From the NCBI GenBank assembly GCA_034440375.1, contig JAWXBZ010000085.1:1-41448 (forward strand): 41,448 nt of DNA. Direction: 5' to 3'. The stretch is from Candidatus Eiseniibacteriota bacterium (lineage in GTDB: Bacteria; Eisenbacteria; RBG-16-71-46; JABDJR01; JAWXBZ01). Every line of letters begins with the position of its first letter. The stretch's first letter is position 1. Below the pieces are notes generated by a model. That model did no database searches, was not told where the DNA came from, and saw only the letters and a list, made by a program, of their open reading frames with translations. The translations under genes were made by a program, and so were the position numbers. Below, piece after piece: positions 9,489 to 18,884 of this stretch.

Positions 9489-10318
9489 TGACTTCGGCAC
9501 GTTGGAAATCGATACTGAGGCACCTGGTCCTCATCGTGATCACGCTGGCAACGATCTACCCGGTGCTGCAGGTGATCGGTATTTCGCTGCGACCGGACGA
9601 CCGTCTCTATTCAACGTCGCTGGCCCTGATCCCGAAGGGAGCTACGCTCCAGGCCTGGCACAACGTCCTGTTCGAAAAGCCGTTCGGCACATGGCTGCGT
9701 AACAGCCTGTTCATCTCCGTGGTGGTCACGCTCCTGTCGATCACCCTGGCTTCCACCGCGGCGTACGCCTTCGCCCGAATTCGCTTCCGGGGCCGTCAGG
9801 CCGGCCTGATGGGGTTTCTGGTCACCCAGATGTTCCCGGCCACCATGCTCCTTCTGCCAACCTACGTCCTGATGGCCCGCCTCAAGCTGATCGATACGCC
9901 GGCCGGGTTGATCATCGCGTACGTGGCCACGGCGTTACCGTTCTGCGTCTGGACCATGAAGGGATTTTACGAATCGATCCCGCGGGAGTTGGAGGAGGCG
10001 GCGCTTATCGACGGACTGACGCCGTTCCAGGCGTTCCTCCGGATCGTCCTCCCGCTGTCGACACCAGCCCTGGCCATTACCGCGCTCTTCTCGTTCATGG
10101 CGGGGTGGTCGGAGTATATCGTGGCCCGCGTGGTCATCAGCTCGAAGGGGCTCTACACCCTGCCACTCGGTCTCGCGGACATGGCAGGAACCTTCCAGAC
10201 GGAGTGGGCCAACTACGCCGCCGGAAGCTTGCTCGTATGCCTGCCCGTGGTGACGCTGTTCATCCTCCTGAACCGGTTCCTGGTCAGCGGGTTAACATTA
10301 GGCGGCGTAAAGGGTTAG
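9488..10318 (+). CDS. malG: Sugar ABC transporter permease (MalG-like)
   Basis: Start at ATG 9488 overlapping the malF TGA (the track's 8939 start is overextended); AAYAFAR, TQMFP, IPRELEEAALIDG, GLTLGGVKG. Confidence 0.88.
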   Translation: MTSARWKSILRHLVLIVITLATIYPVLQVIGISLRPDDRLYSTSLALIPKGATLQAWHNVLFEKPFGTWLRNSLFISVVVTLLSITLASTAAYAFARIRFRGRQAGLMGFLVTQMFPATMLLLPTYVLMARLKLIDTPAGLIIAYVATALPFCVWTMKGFYESIPRELEEAALIDGLTPFQAFLRIVLPLSTPALAITALFSFMAGWSEYIVARVVISSKGLYTLPLGLADMAGTFQTEWANYAAGSLLVCLPVVTLFILLNRFLVSGLTLGGVKG

Positions 10319-10342
10319 ACGCTACTAAAAATCTAGTTGTCC

Positions 10343-10408
10343 TTGCCGGGCCGCGCGCCGTGATACTATTTTGGCGTCTCCGGCGGAGTTGTTGAACCGG
10401 TCCAACAA
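10343..10408 (+). promoter_or_regulatory. Putative extended -10 promoter plus palindromic operator
   Basis: TGATACTAT (TGnTAnnnT) at 10361-10369; 20-bp palindrome TTGTTGAACCGGTCCAACAA at 10389-10408 with one mismatched pair. Confidence 0.45.
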
Positions 10409-10537
10409 TCGGTCCCGCCGCCGGATCGTCCCCGTTCGTCAGCTCCAGATCATCCGTGTTCCAAGGGGTCGCCTCGATATGCCGCCAGGCCGCGGCGAGG
10501 ACGGGTGGCCACAAGACATCCTCGGAGGAAGGCAACC

Positions 10538-11320
10538 ATGAAACGTCTGGCTACGACACTGACCCTGCTCGCCGCGACCCTCGTCGCAACCGCCGCATCC
10601 GCCGGCACCATTGTCTTTACCGGCAACGAATCCGACTTTCCGGTGACCGACCTCAAGGTGGATGACGGTATCGACACCCAGGCCTTCGATTGCGGCTCCG
10701 GGCCGGTCCATCCCTTGGACATCGGCAAGCTGTACGTCACCAATGACGCCACCAAAATCTATATCGGCTTTCAGTATCGTCGATTCTGCTTTTGCGAGAT
10801 GCAGCTCGGCGTGGCCATCAACACGAAGCCCGGCGGCACCACGGTCGACGCGTTCGCCCACCAGATCGACTGGTCGCTGGCCGCGGATGCGCCCGATTTC
10901 TACATCTATGATGTCATTCCCACCAACTGCAACGGATTCAACTACGAGGTCCTGTACCGGGCCAACGGCTCCAACGGTTGGAACACCGTTCAGGACGGCT
11001 CGAACGGGCTCGGCATCTTCGATACCGACGGCGGCAACTTCGTCGAGATTGCCATCGAGATGGCGGCCCTCGAGCTCACCGGCTGCAGCCAGACGATCGG
11101 CCTCGAGGTCTGGACGACCCAGGAAGGCAACAGCAAGCCCGCCTTCGATTTCGTCGTCAATGACAACGAGCAGCGCTCCACCCCGACCGGCACCTGCTTC
11201 GATGTCGGAAATCCCTGTGGCCCCAGCCAGCCGCGCGAGTACTGCCCGTATACGATCGAGTGCCCGCCGGTCGGCGTCGAAGACGCCACATGGTCCAAAG
11301 TGAAGGCGCTCCTCCAGTAG
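10538..11320 (+). CDS. Secreted protein, DOMON/CBM9-like domain, short TW-xx-VK C-terminal tail
   Basis: GGAGG RBS; signal peptide MKRLATT...ASA; DIGKLYVTNDATKIYIG motif; paralogous to the N-terminus of the next gene; ends VGVEDATWSKVKALLQ. Confidence 0.7.
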   Translation: MKRLATTLTLLAATLVATAASAGTIVFTGNESDFPVTDLKVDDGIDTQAFDCGSGPVHPLDIGKLYVTNDATKIYIGFQYRRFCFCEMQLGVAINTKPGGTTVDAFAHQIDWSLAADAPDFYIYDVIPTNCNGFNYEVLYRANGSNGWNTVQDGSNGLGIFDTDGGNFVEIAIEMAALELTGCSQTIGLEVWTTQEGNSKPAFDFVVNDNEQRSTPTGTCFDVGNPCGPSQPREYCPYTIECPPVGVEDATWSKVKALLQ

Positions 11321-11326
11321 ATCTTC

Positions 11327-11364
11327 GGGGGTCGGCATCGCAAGGTGCCGGCCCCCTCTTGTTT
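11327..11364 (+). terminator. Intrinsic terminator-like hairpin
   Basis: GGGGGTCGGCATC-GCAA-GGTGCCGGCCCCC (13-bp stem with G.U pairs, GNRA loop), then TCTTGTTT. Confidence 0.65.
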
Positions 11365-11430
11365 CCGCACGACCCGCCACCTGGCCCCACGGCGCTGGCG
11401 CCGGGCAGGGCCTTTCGAGGGACCCCCGAA

Positions 11431-13959
11431 ATGAACGTCCGCCGTCTCGTCCCGGCCGCGCTGCTCCTCCTGGCCATCGCCACCCCTTCCGCCCATGCAT
11501 TCGTCCCACAGACCATCACGGTCGACGGCATCAACGACTTCGACCCGTCCAATCGCATCGATATGGACGCAGGTGACACCGAAATCAAGAACTGGTGCAC
11601 GGGCGATCCCGAGAACGACGCCCCCATGGACCTGGGGAGCATCTACATCACCAACGACAACTCCTTCCTCTACGTCGGCTACTTCTACGAACGCGACTGT
11701 TTCACCAGTCCGCAGCCCAACCTGGGAATGGCTCTCGACGTCAACGATGCGGCCGGCAACGTCGCAGACCGCTTCGGCCGGAAGATCGCCTGGAACACGG
11801 TGCCCTTCAAGCCCGACTACTACATGTACGACGTCCTGGACGGCTTCAACTACGAGGAGCTCCAGGAGACCAACGGCGCCGGCGGGTGGGTCAACATCTC
11901 CACCCAGGTCAATCCCTCGTGGGGAAGCGGGTCAAACGGCCTGGGCATCATTGAAGGCGGGCCGTCACCGGTCTTCGTCGAGTACAAGCTGCCGCTGTCA
12001 GTGTTCGACAAGCTGACGGTGGGGGGCCTGGTGGCCGGTAACACCATCCATGTCGAATGGTGGATGACCCAGGACGGCACCTCGAAGCCGCCGCTGGACG
12101 CCTCCTTCTCGGACGGCGTTCAGACATCCACACCGACCGGAACCGTCTTTGATGTCGTTACGGCCGTGGAAATGACCGGCATGCACACCTACGTCATCCA
12201 GGCCCTGACCGACGTGACGCCTCCCACGGTCACCGCGGCCTGCGCCACCAACTTTGCCGTCCAGCCGAACAAGCAGTTCGCGCTGACCACCACCAAGGTC
12301 GATGTCAGCTTCAGCGAGCCGGTCGACCTGGCCACCGCGCAGAACACGGCCAACTACGCCATCACCAACATCGGCGGGGCCACGGTTACCGGCGCCGTGC
12401 GTGACGGCACGGTGTCGAGCCTGGTTCACCTGACGTTGTCGGGTTCCATCGGGGCAGCCAACCTGTTCCGGCAGGTCACCGTCACCGGGGTCAAGGATCA
12501 GGCCAACAACACGATCGTGAACAATGGCACGACCAATCGAAAGACCTTCTTCATCCAGAACCTGGTCTTCGAGGGGGATTTCACGGTCGGCCTGTGCAAG
12601 GGGGTCTTTGCGCCCGCCGACACGTTTGCCGTGGAGGGCAACCTCGCGCCACTTTCCTTTGCCCTGTGCGACAACGCCGTCATGACCGACACCAACGTCG
12701 ACTCGACCTACACGGTCACGGTGCCGTTCTGCATGCAGCAGGGAGGCAACGGCAAGGCCGAGGCCGACCTCGAATGGAAGTTCAGCCGCGCCTGTTCGCA
12801 GTTCGAGCCGATCGGCGGCAACCGGGCGTACCACCTGACCAGCGACAACGGCGCCTCGGCCACGCTGACCGGCTTCTGGAACAACGACGACCCGGTCAAT
12901 TTCACCAGCAAGGCCATCGACGTCATCTTCAACGTCAATACGTCGCTGTTTGGTGCCGGGACGGTCACGCTGCTCGGCAGCCAGAGTCCGCTCTCGTTCA
13001 CCCAGCCGGGCGCGGCCATGGCGCCGGTCGGCGGCAACGTCTACCGGGCCACGGTGCGCTTCCCGAAGTGCACGGCCAAGAATGTCCAGTGGAAGGTCGA
13101 TTACAACGGCGTCATCGAATGCACCGGCCAGGGCGATCGAAACGTCTTTCTGAACGACGCCCTCTTCGGCATCGTCGGAAGCGCCGAAGGCCCGATCACC
13201 CTGCCGGCGCGCGGCATCAACCGCTGCACGGTCACCGACAAGGCCGTCCGGGTGGTCTTCAAGGTCGATTCGCGGATCATTCGCCCCGACGCCATTCCGC
13301 CGGGGGATACCATTGTCGTGGCGGCCACCCAGCCGCCCTTGAGCTTCGTCACCCTTCCGGATCCGGACGGCGTCATGTTCGATAACGGCGTGTCGCCCGA
13401 CGCCACCGCCGGTGACCGGGTGTTCACCCGCCAGGTCACGTTCCCGGATTCGACGCCGTTCAACGTGGAGTACAAGTTCTGGCTCAATCGGGAAGACGGC
13501 CTTTCGCCGATTACCGGTGGCCCGGAATTCGAATGCGCCGGCGTCGGAAACCGCACCTTCCAGATCGATGACGTGGCCTATTCCGTGGCGGTGCCCCAGG
13601 TCCGTCCGCTGAACTACTGGAGCTACTGCAGCGATGTCACCGGCGTCGGTGATATCGACGGTGCGCCGCGTCCCGGCCGCATCTGGGCCGAGCTTCAGCA
13701 GAATTATCCGAACCCGTTCAACCCGGTCACGACGATCCGTTTCGAGTTGCAACAAGCCGGTCCGACCCACCTCACGGTGTACGATGTGGCCGGTCGTCAG
13801 ATTGTCGATCTGCTTGATGGCACGCTCGATGCCGGCCAGTTCGAGGTGATCTGGGACGGTCGGGACACCAGAGGCCAGGTGGCCCCGAGCGGCGTCTACT
13901 ATTACGAACTCACACAGGGGACCTACCGACTGGCACGCCGGATGACGGTCGTGCAGTAG
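11431..13959 (+). CDS. Secreted multidomain protein: DOMON/CBM9-like, Ig-like and CBM20-like modules, FlgD-Ig/T9SS-type C-terminal domain
   Basis: Signal peptide from ATG 11431; DVTPPTV...VSFSEPVD (Ig-like); three modules with EWKF/QWKV/EYKF...NR; MFDNGVSPDATAGDRVFT; C-terminal QNYPNPFNPVTTIRF...VYDVAGR...WDGRD...SGVYYY. Confidence 0.8.
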   Translation: MNVRRLVPAALLLLAIATPSAHAFVPQTITVDGINDFDPSNRIDMDAGDTEIKNWCTGDPENDAPMDLGSIYITNDNSFLYVGYFYERDCFTSPQPNLGMALDVNDAAGNVADRFGRKIAWNTVPFKPDYYMYDVLDGFNYEELQETNGAGGWVNISTQVNPSWGSGSNGLGIIEGGPSPVFVEYKLPLSVFDKLTVGGLVAGNTIHVEWWMTQDGTSKPPLDASFSDGVQTSTPTGTVFDVVTAVEMTGMHTYVIQALTDVTPPTVTAACATNFAVQPNKQFALTTTKVDVSFSEPVDLATAQNTANYAITNIGGATVTGAVRDGTVSSLVHLTLSGSIGAANLFRQVTVTGVKDQANNTIVNNGTTNRKTFFIQNLVFEGDFTVGLCKGVFAPADTFAVEGNLAPLSFALCDNAVMTDTNVDSTYTVTVPFCMQQGGNGKAEADLEWKFSRACSQFEPIGGNRAYHLTSDNGASATLTGFWNNDDPVNFTSKAIDVIFNVNTSLFGAGTVTLLGSQSPLSFTQPGAAMAPVGGNVYRATVRFPKCTAKNVQWKVDYNGVIECTGQGDRNVFLNDALFGIVGSAEGPITLPARGINRCTVTDKAVRVVFKVDSRIIRPDAIPPGDTIVVAATQPPLSFVTLPDPDGVMFDNGVSPDATAGDRVFTRQVTFPDSTPFNVEYKFWLNREDGLSPITGGPEFECAGVGNRTFQIDDVAYSVAVPQVRPLNYWSYCSDVTGVGDIDGAPRPGRIWAELQQNYPNPFNPVTTIRFELQQAGPTHLTVYDVAGRQIVDLLDGTLDAGQFEVIWDGRDTRGQVAPSGVYYYELTQGTYRLARRMTVVQ

Positions 13960-13982
13960 AGTCCTGCCGGATCGATTATGCT

Positions 13983-14018
13983 GACGGCGCCGACCTCCTG
14001 GTCGGCGCCGTCTTTTTT
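13983..14018 (+). terminator. Intrinsic terminator
   Basis: Perfect 13-bp stem GACGGCGCCGACC-TCCT-GGTCGGCGCCGTC followed by T6. Confidence 0.9.
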
Positions 14019-14033
14019 ATTGGAGGAGTCCGT

Positions 14034-14684
14034 TTGCCCGCTCGCCCCCGTGCCGCCGTCTTCGACCTGGATGGCACCATCATCGACAGCCTGGGCCTCA
14101 CCTTTGAGGCCATGCGTGAGGCCGTCCGACCCTTCCTCGATCATGATCTGACCGACGAGGAGATCTACGCCCGTTTCGGCCCCTCCGACCACGAGATCGT
14201 GGCCGGTTTCGTCGCGCCCGGTGATGCGGATCGGGCCGTGCGGCGCCTCATGGCGGCCTATGAGCGCGGTGTGGAACGCATGCCACTCTTCCCCGGCATC
14301 GAGGCCCTCCTGGACACCCTTGCCGATCAGGACGTCGTCCTGGCTCTCTGCACGGGTCGCGGCCGGCCCAGCACCGACCTGGTCATCCGATCTCTCCGGC
14401 TCGACCGCTGGTTCGAAGTGTCCGTTACCGGAGAGGAGGGGGGACGCCCGAAGCCGGCACCCGACGGCATCCTGGAAACGCTGCGTCGCCTCGAACTGGA
14501 TCCGGCCGAGGTCCTCTACACCGGCGATTCGGTCAAGGACGTGGACGCTGGCCTGGCCGCTGGCACGCCCACCGTCGCCGCCCGCTGGGGCGGGGTGGAA
14601 GGCGACGAGCCCGGTTTCGCCCGCGCCACCCTGCGGGCGCACCACCCCCGGGACATCCTGACCTGGTGGGAATCGCTCGGCTGA
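14034..14684 (+). CDS. HAD-superfamily hydrolase (phosphoglycolate phosphatase/PpaX-like)
   Basis: FDLDGT motif I, KPAPDG motif III, GDSVKD motif IV; TTG start after GGAGGAG. Confidence 0.85.
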   Translation: MPARPRAAVFDLDGTIIDSLGLTFEAMREAVRPFLDHDLTDEEIYARFGPSDHEIVAGFVAPGDADRAVRRLMAAYERGVERMPLFPGIEALLDTLADQDVVLALCTGRGRPSTDLVIRSLRLDRWFEVSVTGEEGGRPKPAPDGILETLRRLELDPAEVLYTGDSVKDVDAGLAAGTPTVAARWGGVEGDEPGFARATLRAHHPRDILTWWESLG

Positions 14685-14751
14685 AAGTGGTAGTTTTTCC
14701 GGGCCAGCAGCCCTGAACGACCACCTGCCGATCCCCTCAGGAAAGACCAAG

Positions 14752-15789
14752 ATGGACGAAACCCGCGGCATCACCGATCCGGAACTCCGGGATGACGAAT
14801 CCCAGCTGGATTCGAACCTCCGTCCCCAGCGGATGGAGGATTTCATCGGCCAGCGGAGCCTGCGCGAGAACCTGGGAATTGGCCTCACGGCCGCGCTGCG
14901 CCGCGGCGAAGCCCTCGAACACGTCCTCTTTTACGGCCCGCCGGGTCTCGGAAAGACCACGCTCTCCACGCTGCTGGCCCGCGAGCTCGGGGTTGAAATC
15001 CTCTTTACCTCCGGCCCCGTCCTCGAGCGCCCCGGCGATCTGGCCGGCGTCCTCACCAACATCCCCGAACGGGGGATCCTCTTCATCGACGAGATCCATC
15101 GCCTGAATCACACGGTCGAGGAGTATCTCTACCCGGCGATGGAGGACTTCACGCTCGACATCATGATCGACAAGGGCCCCAGCGCCCGTTCGGTACGATT
15201 GACGCTGCCAAAGTTCACGCTGGTCGGCGCCACGACGCGTGCCGGCCTCCTCACGGCGCCGCTGCGCAGTCGCTTCGGCATGACCTATCGGCTCAACTAT
15301 TACGACGCCGATGATCTGACAGTCATCGTCAAGCGTTCCGCCCGAATCCTCGACGTTCCGATCGAGGACGAAGGCGCCACCGAAATCGCCGGCCGCGCCC
15401 GTGGCACGCCTCGAATCGCCAACCGACTGCTTCGCCGGGTCCGGGACTACGCGCAGGTGAAGGCCGACGGCCGGATCACCGCCCAAGTCGCCCGGGCCTC
15501 GCTCGATCTCCTCGAAGTCGACACCCGCGGCCTGGATGTCATGGACCGCCGCATGCTCGAAGCCCTCATCCAGAAATTCGGCGGCGGCCCCGTCGGCCTC
15601 AATACCCTGGCCATGGCCGTCGGCGAGGAAGCCGACACCATGGAAGACGTCTACGAACCCTTCCTCGTCCAGGAAGGATTCCTTGAACGAACACCCCGCG
15701 GCCGAATGGCCACGGAGCTGGCCTACCGGCACCTGGGGCTGGATCCGGTCGGACGGCGCGGCGGCCCGGGGCAGGAAGAGCTTTTTTAG
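14752..15789 (+). CDS. ruvB: Holliday junction branch migration helicase RuvB
   Basis: [57 protein letters not shown]. Confidence 0.98.
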   Translation: MDETRGITDPELRDDESQLDSNLRPQRMEDFIGQRSLRENLGIGLTAALRRGEALEHVLFYGPPGLGKTTLSTLLARELGVEILFTSGPVLERPGDLAGVLTNIPERGILFIDEIHRLNHTVEEYLYPAMEDFTLDIMIDKGPSARSVRLTLPKFTLVGATTRAGLLTAPLRSRFGMTYRLNYYDADDLTVIVKRSARILDVPIEDEGATEIAGRARGTPRIANRLLRRVRDYAQVKADGRITAQVARASLDLLEVDTRGLDVMDRRMLEALIQKFGGGPVGLNTLAMAVGEEADTMEDVYEPFLVQEGFLERTPRGRMATELAYRHLGLDPVGRRGGPGQEELF

Positions 15790-15982
15790 GGCATCCGGTA
15801 CCTGATCGACTTTCTGCGCCGGGGACTGGACAGCTCGAAAGGCATCCATTTAGCGTCTTTGTGTCCGCCCTGAGAAACCTCATCCTCACCTTTCCGTCCG
15901 GAAGGGATCCGACATGCCGGGAAGTTATCGCCGATCCGAATTTCGAAGCTCAAATTCAGGTAGTCTGGTGGGGGAGGAGCCG

Positions 15983-16543
15983 ATGAAATTCCCTTTCAAT
16001 GAGCGGAAAACCGCCCAGGCTGCCGCGTACCTGATCAATCTGGCTGGCGGCAGCATGAATTACATGGTCCTCATCAAGCTCCTGTACCTGGCGGACCGCC
16101 GAGCGCTCCTTGAGACGGGCGTGCCTATCACCGGCGATCGCATGGTCTCGATGCCGCACGGACCGGTGCTCAGCACAGTCCTCGATCTGATCAACATGGG
16201 AAAACATGGCGAAGCTCACCCTTCGCCATGGTTCGAGTACCTGCTGGAACCGGAAAATTTCCAAATCGCAGTGGCGCAAGATTCTCCCGCGAGTGACGAA
16301 CTCTCAAAATATGAACTGGACGTGCTGGAAGCCATCTTCAAGTCATTTGGTTCCCTGGACAAGTGGAAGATTGTGGAACTGCTCCACACGTTACCGGAAT
16401 GGCAGGATCCGGACGGTTCCTCGGTTGCTATTGACCCACGAGAGATTCTTCGCGCCGAAGGCAAATCGAACGACGAGATCGAGGAAATTGCCAGAAACGC
16501 CCAGGAGCAGCTGTTTCTTGCAAAAATCAAGAACGCTGGCTAG
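15983..16543 (+). CDS. Panacea/SocA (DUF4065) family antitoxin
   Basis: LIKLLYLADR...G-x-PITGD...MPHGPV...H-x-LPEW; GGAGGAG before ATG 15983; less GC-rich than flanks. Confidence 0.85.
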   Translation: MKFPFNERKTAQAAAYLINLAGGSMNYMVLIKLLYLADRRALLETGVPITGDRMVSMPHGPVLSTVLDLINMGKHGEAHPSPWFEYLLEPENFQIAVAQDSPASDELSKYELDVLEAIFKSFGSLDKWKIVELLHTLPEWQDPDGSSVAIDPREILRAEGKSNDEIEEIARNAQEQLFLAKIKNAG

Positions 16544-16923
16544 ATGGACCCGAAAGCAGGGGACTCGTTTCTCAACCTCAATCCGTCAAGTCCCCGCCAC
16601 CTGTGGGTGATTTCCTCAACGCTGGTGACGATGGTGGGTTTGTCATATTCAACTTCTCGTCCTTGCGAGAAGGCTGTGACGAAAGTTGTATCGTCGAGCC
16701 GGGTGAGCACCCGTTGGTCAATGTGAAGACGTACGTAGTTTACCGGCGTGGACACGTTATGACCCGGGTGCACATCAAGGCTCTCGAGAGCCTTGGATGT
16801 TACTCCGAGCAGACCCCGGTTACGGTCGACTTGCTCAGGCGCATCCAGGAAGGGGCGCTCGCTTCTCCCTACTGCGTCCAAGGGCTGCAATCGAGAATCC
16901 GAAACTCATTGGAGAAAACCTGA
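16544..16923 (+). pseudogene. Frameshifted putative toxin partner of the Panacea antitoxin
   Basis: MDPKAGDSFL...RHLWVI in one frame continues as FLNAGDDGGFVIFNFSS...CDESCIVEPGEHP in the -1 frame; one extra T at 16611-16613 gives a single 126-aa ORF starting right after the antitoxin stop. Confidence 0.6.
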
Positions 16924-16938
16924 AACGGACGTCCCCCC

Positions 16939-17985
16939 ATGCACATCTCCGACTTCGACTACGAACTCCCTCCGAATCAGATTGCGCAGCATCCGCTGGT
17001 CAATCGCGATGAGTCGCGGCTCCTCGTCGTCCCGCGTGGCGATGCCCCGTTCGAGCACAAGAAGTTCGGAGACCTGTCGGATCTACTTGATCCGAAGGAT
17101 CTCCTCATCGTCAACAACACCCGGGTTCGCCATGCACGGCTGGACGCCAAACGCGAGGGGTTCGACGGCCACATCGAAATCCTCCTCCTGAAACCGCGCG
17201 GCGCCCCGCACGTCTGGGAAGCACTGACGCGTCCGGCACGCAAGCTCGACATCGGCACCGTCGTCACGTTTGCCGAGGACACGATCCGGGCCCGCGTCAC
17301 GTCCACCGGCGAGGACGGCCTGCGGGTTCTCGAGTTCGATCCGGTCGTGGATGTGCCGCTCCTCATGCGGGAGCATGGCCATGTGCCGCTGCCCCCCTAC
17401 ATCAGCCGGGCGGATCAACCCGAGGACACGGAGCGCTACCAGACGGTATTCGCGGCGCGGGAGGGAGCCGTGGCGGCCCCCACGGCGGGGCTGCACTTCT
17501 CCGAGGCTCTGCTGGCCAAACTGGCCGATCGCGGCATCCAGCGGGCTGCCGTCACGCTCCACGTCGGCATCGGCACGTTCCGCCCCGTCATGGCCGAGGA
17601 CCCGCGCCAGCACAAGATGGAGTCGGAGTGGTACGACGTGCCGGAGGCCACCGCCCTGGCCTGGCGGCAGTGTCGGGAGCGGGGGGGACGGGTGGTGGCG
17701 GTTGGCACCACGGTCGTCCGAACCCTGGAATCGGCCACGATCACGGACCAATGCGGCCAGGCCCGGCTGGAAAGTGGCGCCGGCTGGGCCGACCTGTTCA
17801 TCTACGAGCCGTTCAACTTCCGGGCGGTCGATGCCCTCGTCACCAACTTTCACCTGCCGCGCTCGACGCTCCTCATGCTCGTATCGGCCTTCGCGGGCCT
17901 CGAGCGGACGCGCCGGGCCTATCGCGCGGCCATCCGTCAGGGTTATCGTTTCTACTCCTACGGAGATTCGTCGCTCTACTACTGA
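16939..17985 (+). CDS. queA: SAM:tRNA ribosyltransferase-isomerase QueA
   Basis: FDYELP, PLPPYI, RYQTVFA, AAPTAGLHF, VGTTVVRTLE, TNFHLPRSTL, YRFYSYGD. Confidence 0.97.
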   Translation: MHISDFDYELPPNQIAQHPLVNRDESRLLVVPRGDAPFEHKKFGDLSDLLDPKDLLIVNNTRVRHARLDAKREGFDGHIEILLLKPRGAPHVWEALTRPARKLDIGTVVTFAEDTIRARVTSTGEDGLRVLEFDPVVDVPLLMREHGHVPLPPYISRADQPEDTERYQTVFAAREGAVAAPTAGLHFSEALLAKLADRGIQRAAVTLHVGIGTFRPVMAEDPRQHKMESEWYDVPEATALAWRQCRERGGRVVAVGTTVVRTLESATITDQCGQARLESGAGWADLFIYEPFNFRAVDALVTNFHLPRSTLLMLVSAFAGLERTRRAYRAAIRQGYRFYSYGDSSLYY

Positions 17986-18024
17986 CCCGGCCCCCGGCCG
18001 GGTCTGAACAACAGGAGCCGGCCC

Positions 18025-18552
18025 ATGACCGATGACCTCAGATATCCAACCGGCCGCGTGCAGTTCAAGCCAGGCCTCACGCCAACCGACCGCGGCAGCC
18101 TCATCCAGGCCATCGCCGCCGTCCCGGCCAACCTTCGAAAGGCCGTATCCGGTCTGAACGACGCTCAGCTCGATACGCCCTACCGGCCGGACGGGTGGAC
18201 GGTGCGGCAGGTCGTTCACCACGTGCCGGACAGCCATCTCAATGCGTTCGTTCGAATGAAGCTGGCGCTGACCGAGGATCACCCCACGATCAAGCCGTAT
18301 GATGAAGCGCTCTGGGCGGGCCTGCCGGATGCCGCACTCCCCATTGATGTGTCGCTGCGTCTCCTGGACGCCCTCCACGAGCGATGGGTGGCTCTGATGA
18401 ATGCGCTGGACGATGCCGCCTGGGCCCGCACCTGGCATCATCCGGAAAACGGCCGGACCTTCACTCTCGAAAACCTGCTGCAGATCTACGCCTGGCACGG
18501 CCCCCATCATGTGGCCCACATTACCCACCTGCGCGAGCGGAGCGGGTGGTGA
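18025..18552 (+). CDS. bstA: YfiT/BstA-family (DinB fold) bacillithiol S-transferase-like protein
   Basis: DLRYP, LDTPYRPDGWTVRQVVHHVPDSH, KLALTED-x-PTIKPYDE, YAWHG-x-HHVAHI. Confidence 0.85.
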   Translation: MTDDLRYPTGRVQFKPGLTPTDRGSLIQAIAAVPANLRKAVSGLNDAQLDTPYRPDGWTVRQVVHHVPDSHLNAFVRMKLALTEDHPTIKPYDEALWAGLPDAALPIDVSLRLLDALHERWVALMNALDDAAWARTWHHPENGRTFTLENLLQIYAWHGPHHVAHITHLRERSGW

Positions 18553-18580
18553 CGACCACCAACGAAAGAGGATCCCGCCG

Positions 18581-18862
18581 ATGATCACCGCCGTCATTCT
18601 CCTGAATTGTGAACGGGGCAAGGTGAACGCCGTGGCCCAGAACCTGGCCGAGATTCCGGGCATCACCGAGGTGTACTCCGTGGCCGGCCGCTGGGATCTG
18701 GTGGCCATGATCCGCGTCCGGCAGGACGAGGAGCTGGCCGATCTCGTCACGACAAGGATGCTCCAGGTGGAGGGCATCCGTGAAACGGAAACACTGATCG
18801 CCTTCCAGGCCTTTTCGAAGCACGATCTCGAGGCCGCGTTCAGCCTCGGCGGAGAGAGTTAG
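18581..18862 (+). CDS. Lrp/AsnC ligand-binding domain protein
   Basis: MITAVILL...EVYSVAGRWDLVA...GIRETETLIAF; no HTH; start at ATG 18581. Confidence 0.85.
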   Translation: MITAVILLNCERGKVNAVAQNLAEIPGITEVYSVAGRWDLVAMIRVRQDEELADLVTTRMLQVEGIRETETLIAFQAFSKHDLEAAFSLGGES

Positions 18863-18884
18863 AGCCGGCCCCGCCGGCACGCTC

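Noticed and set aside
17960-17985. QueA ends YGDSSLYY instead of the usual YGDAMLI
   Set aside because: Length is normal and all core motifs are intact; ordinary divergence.
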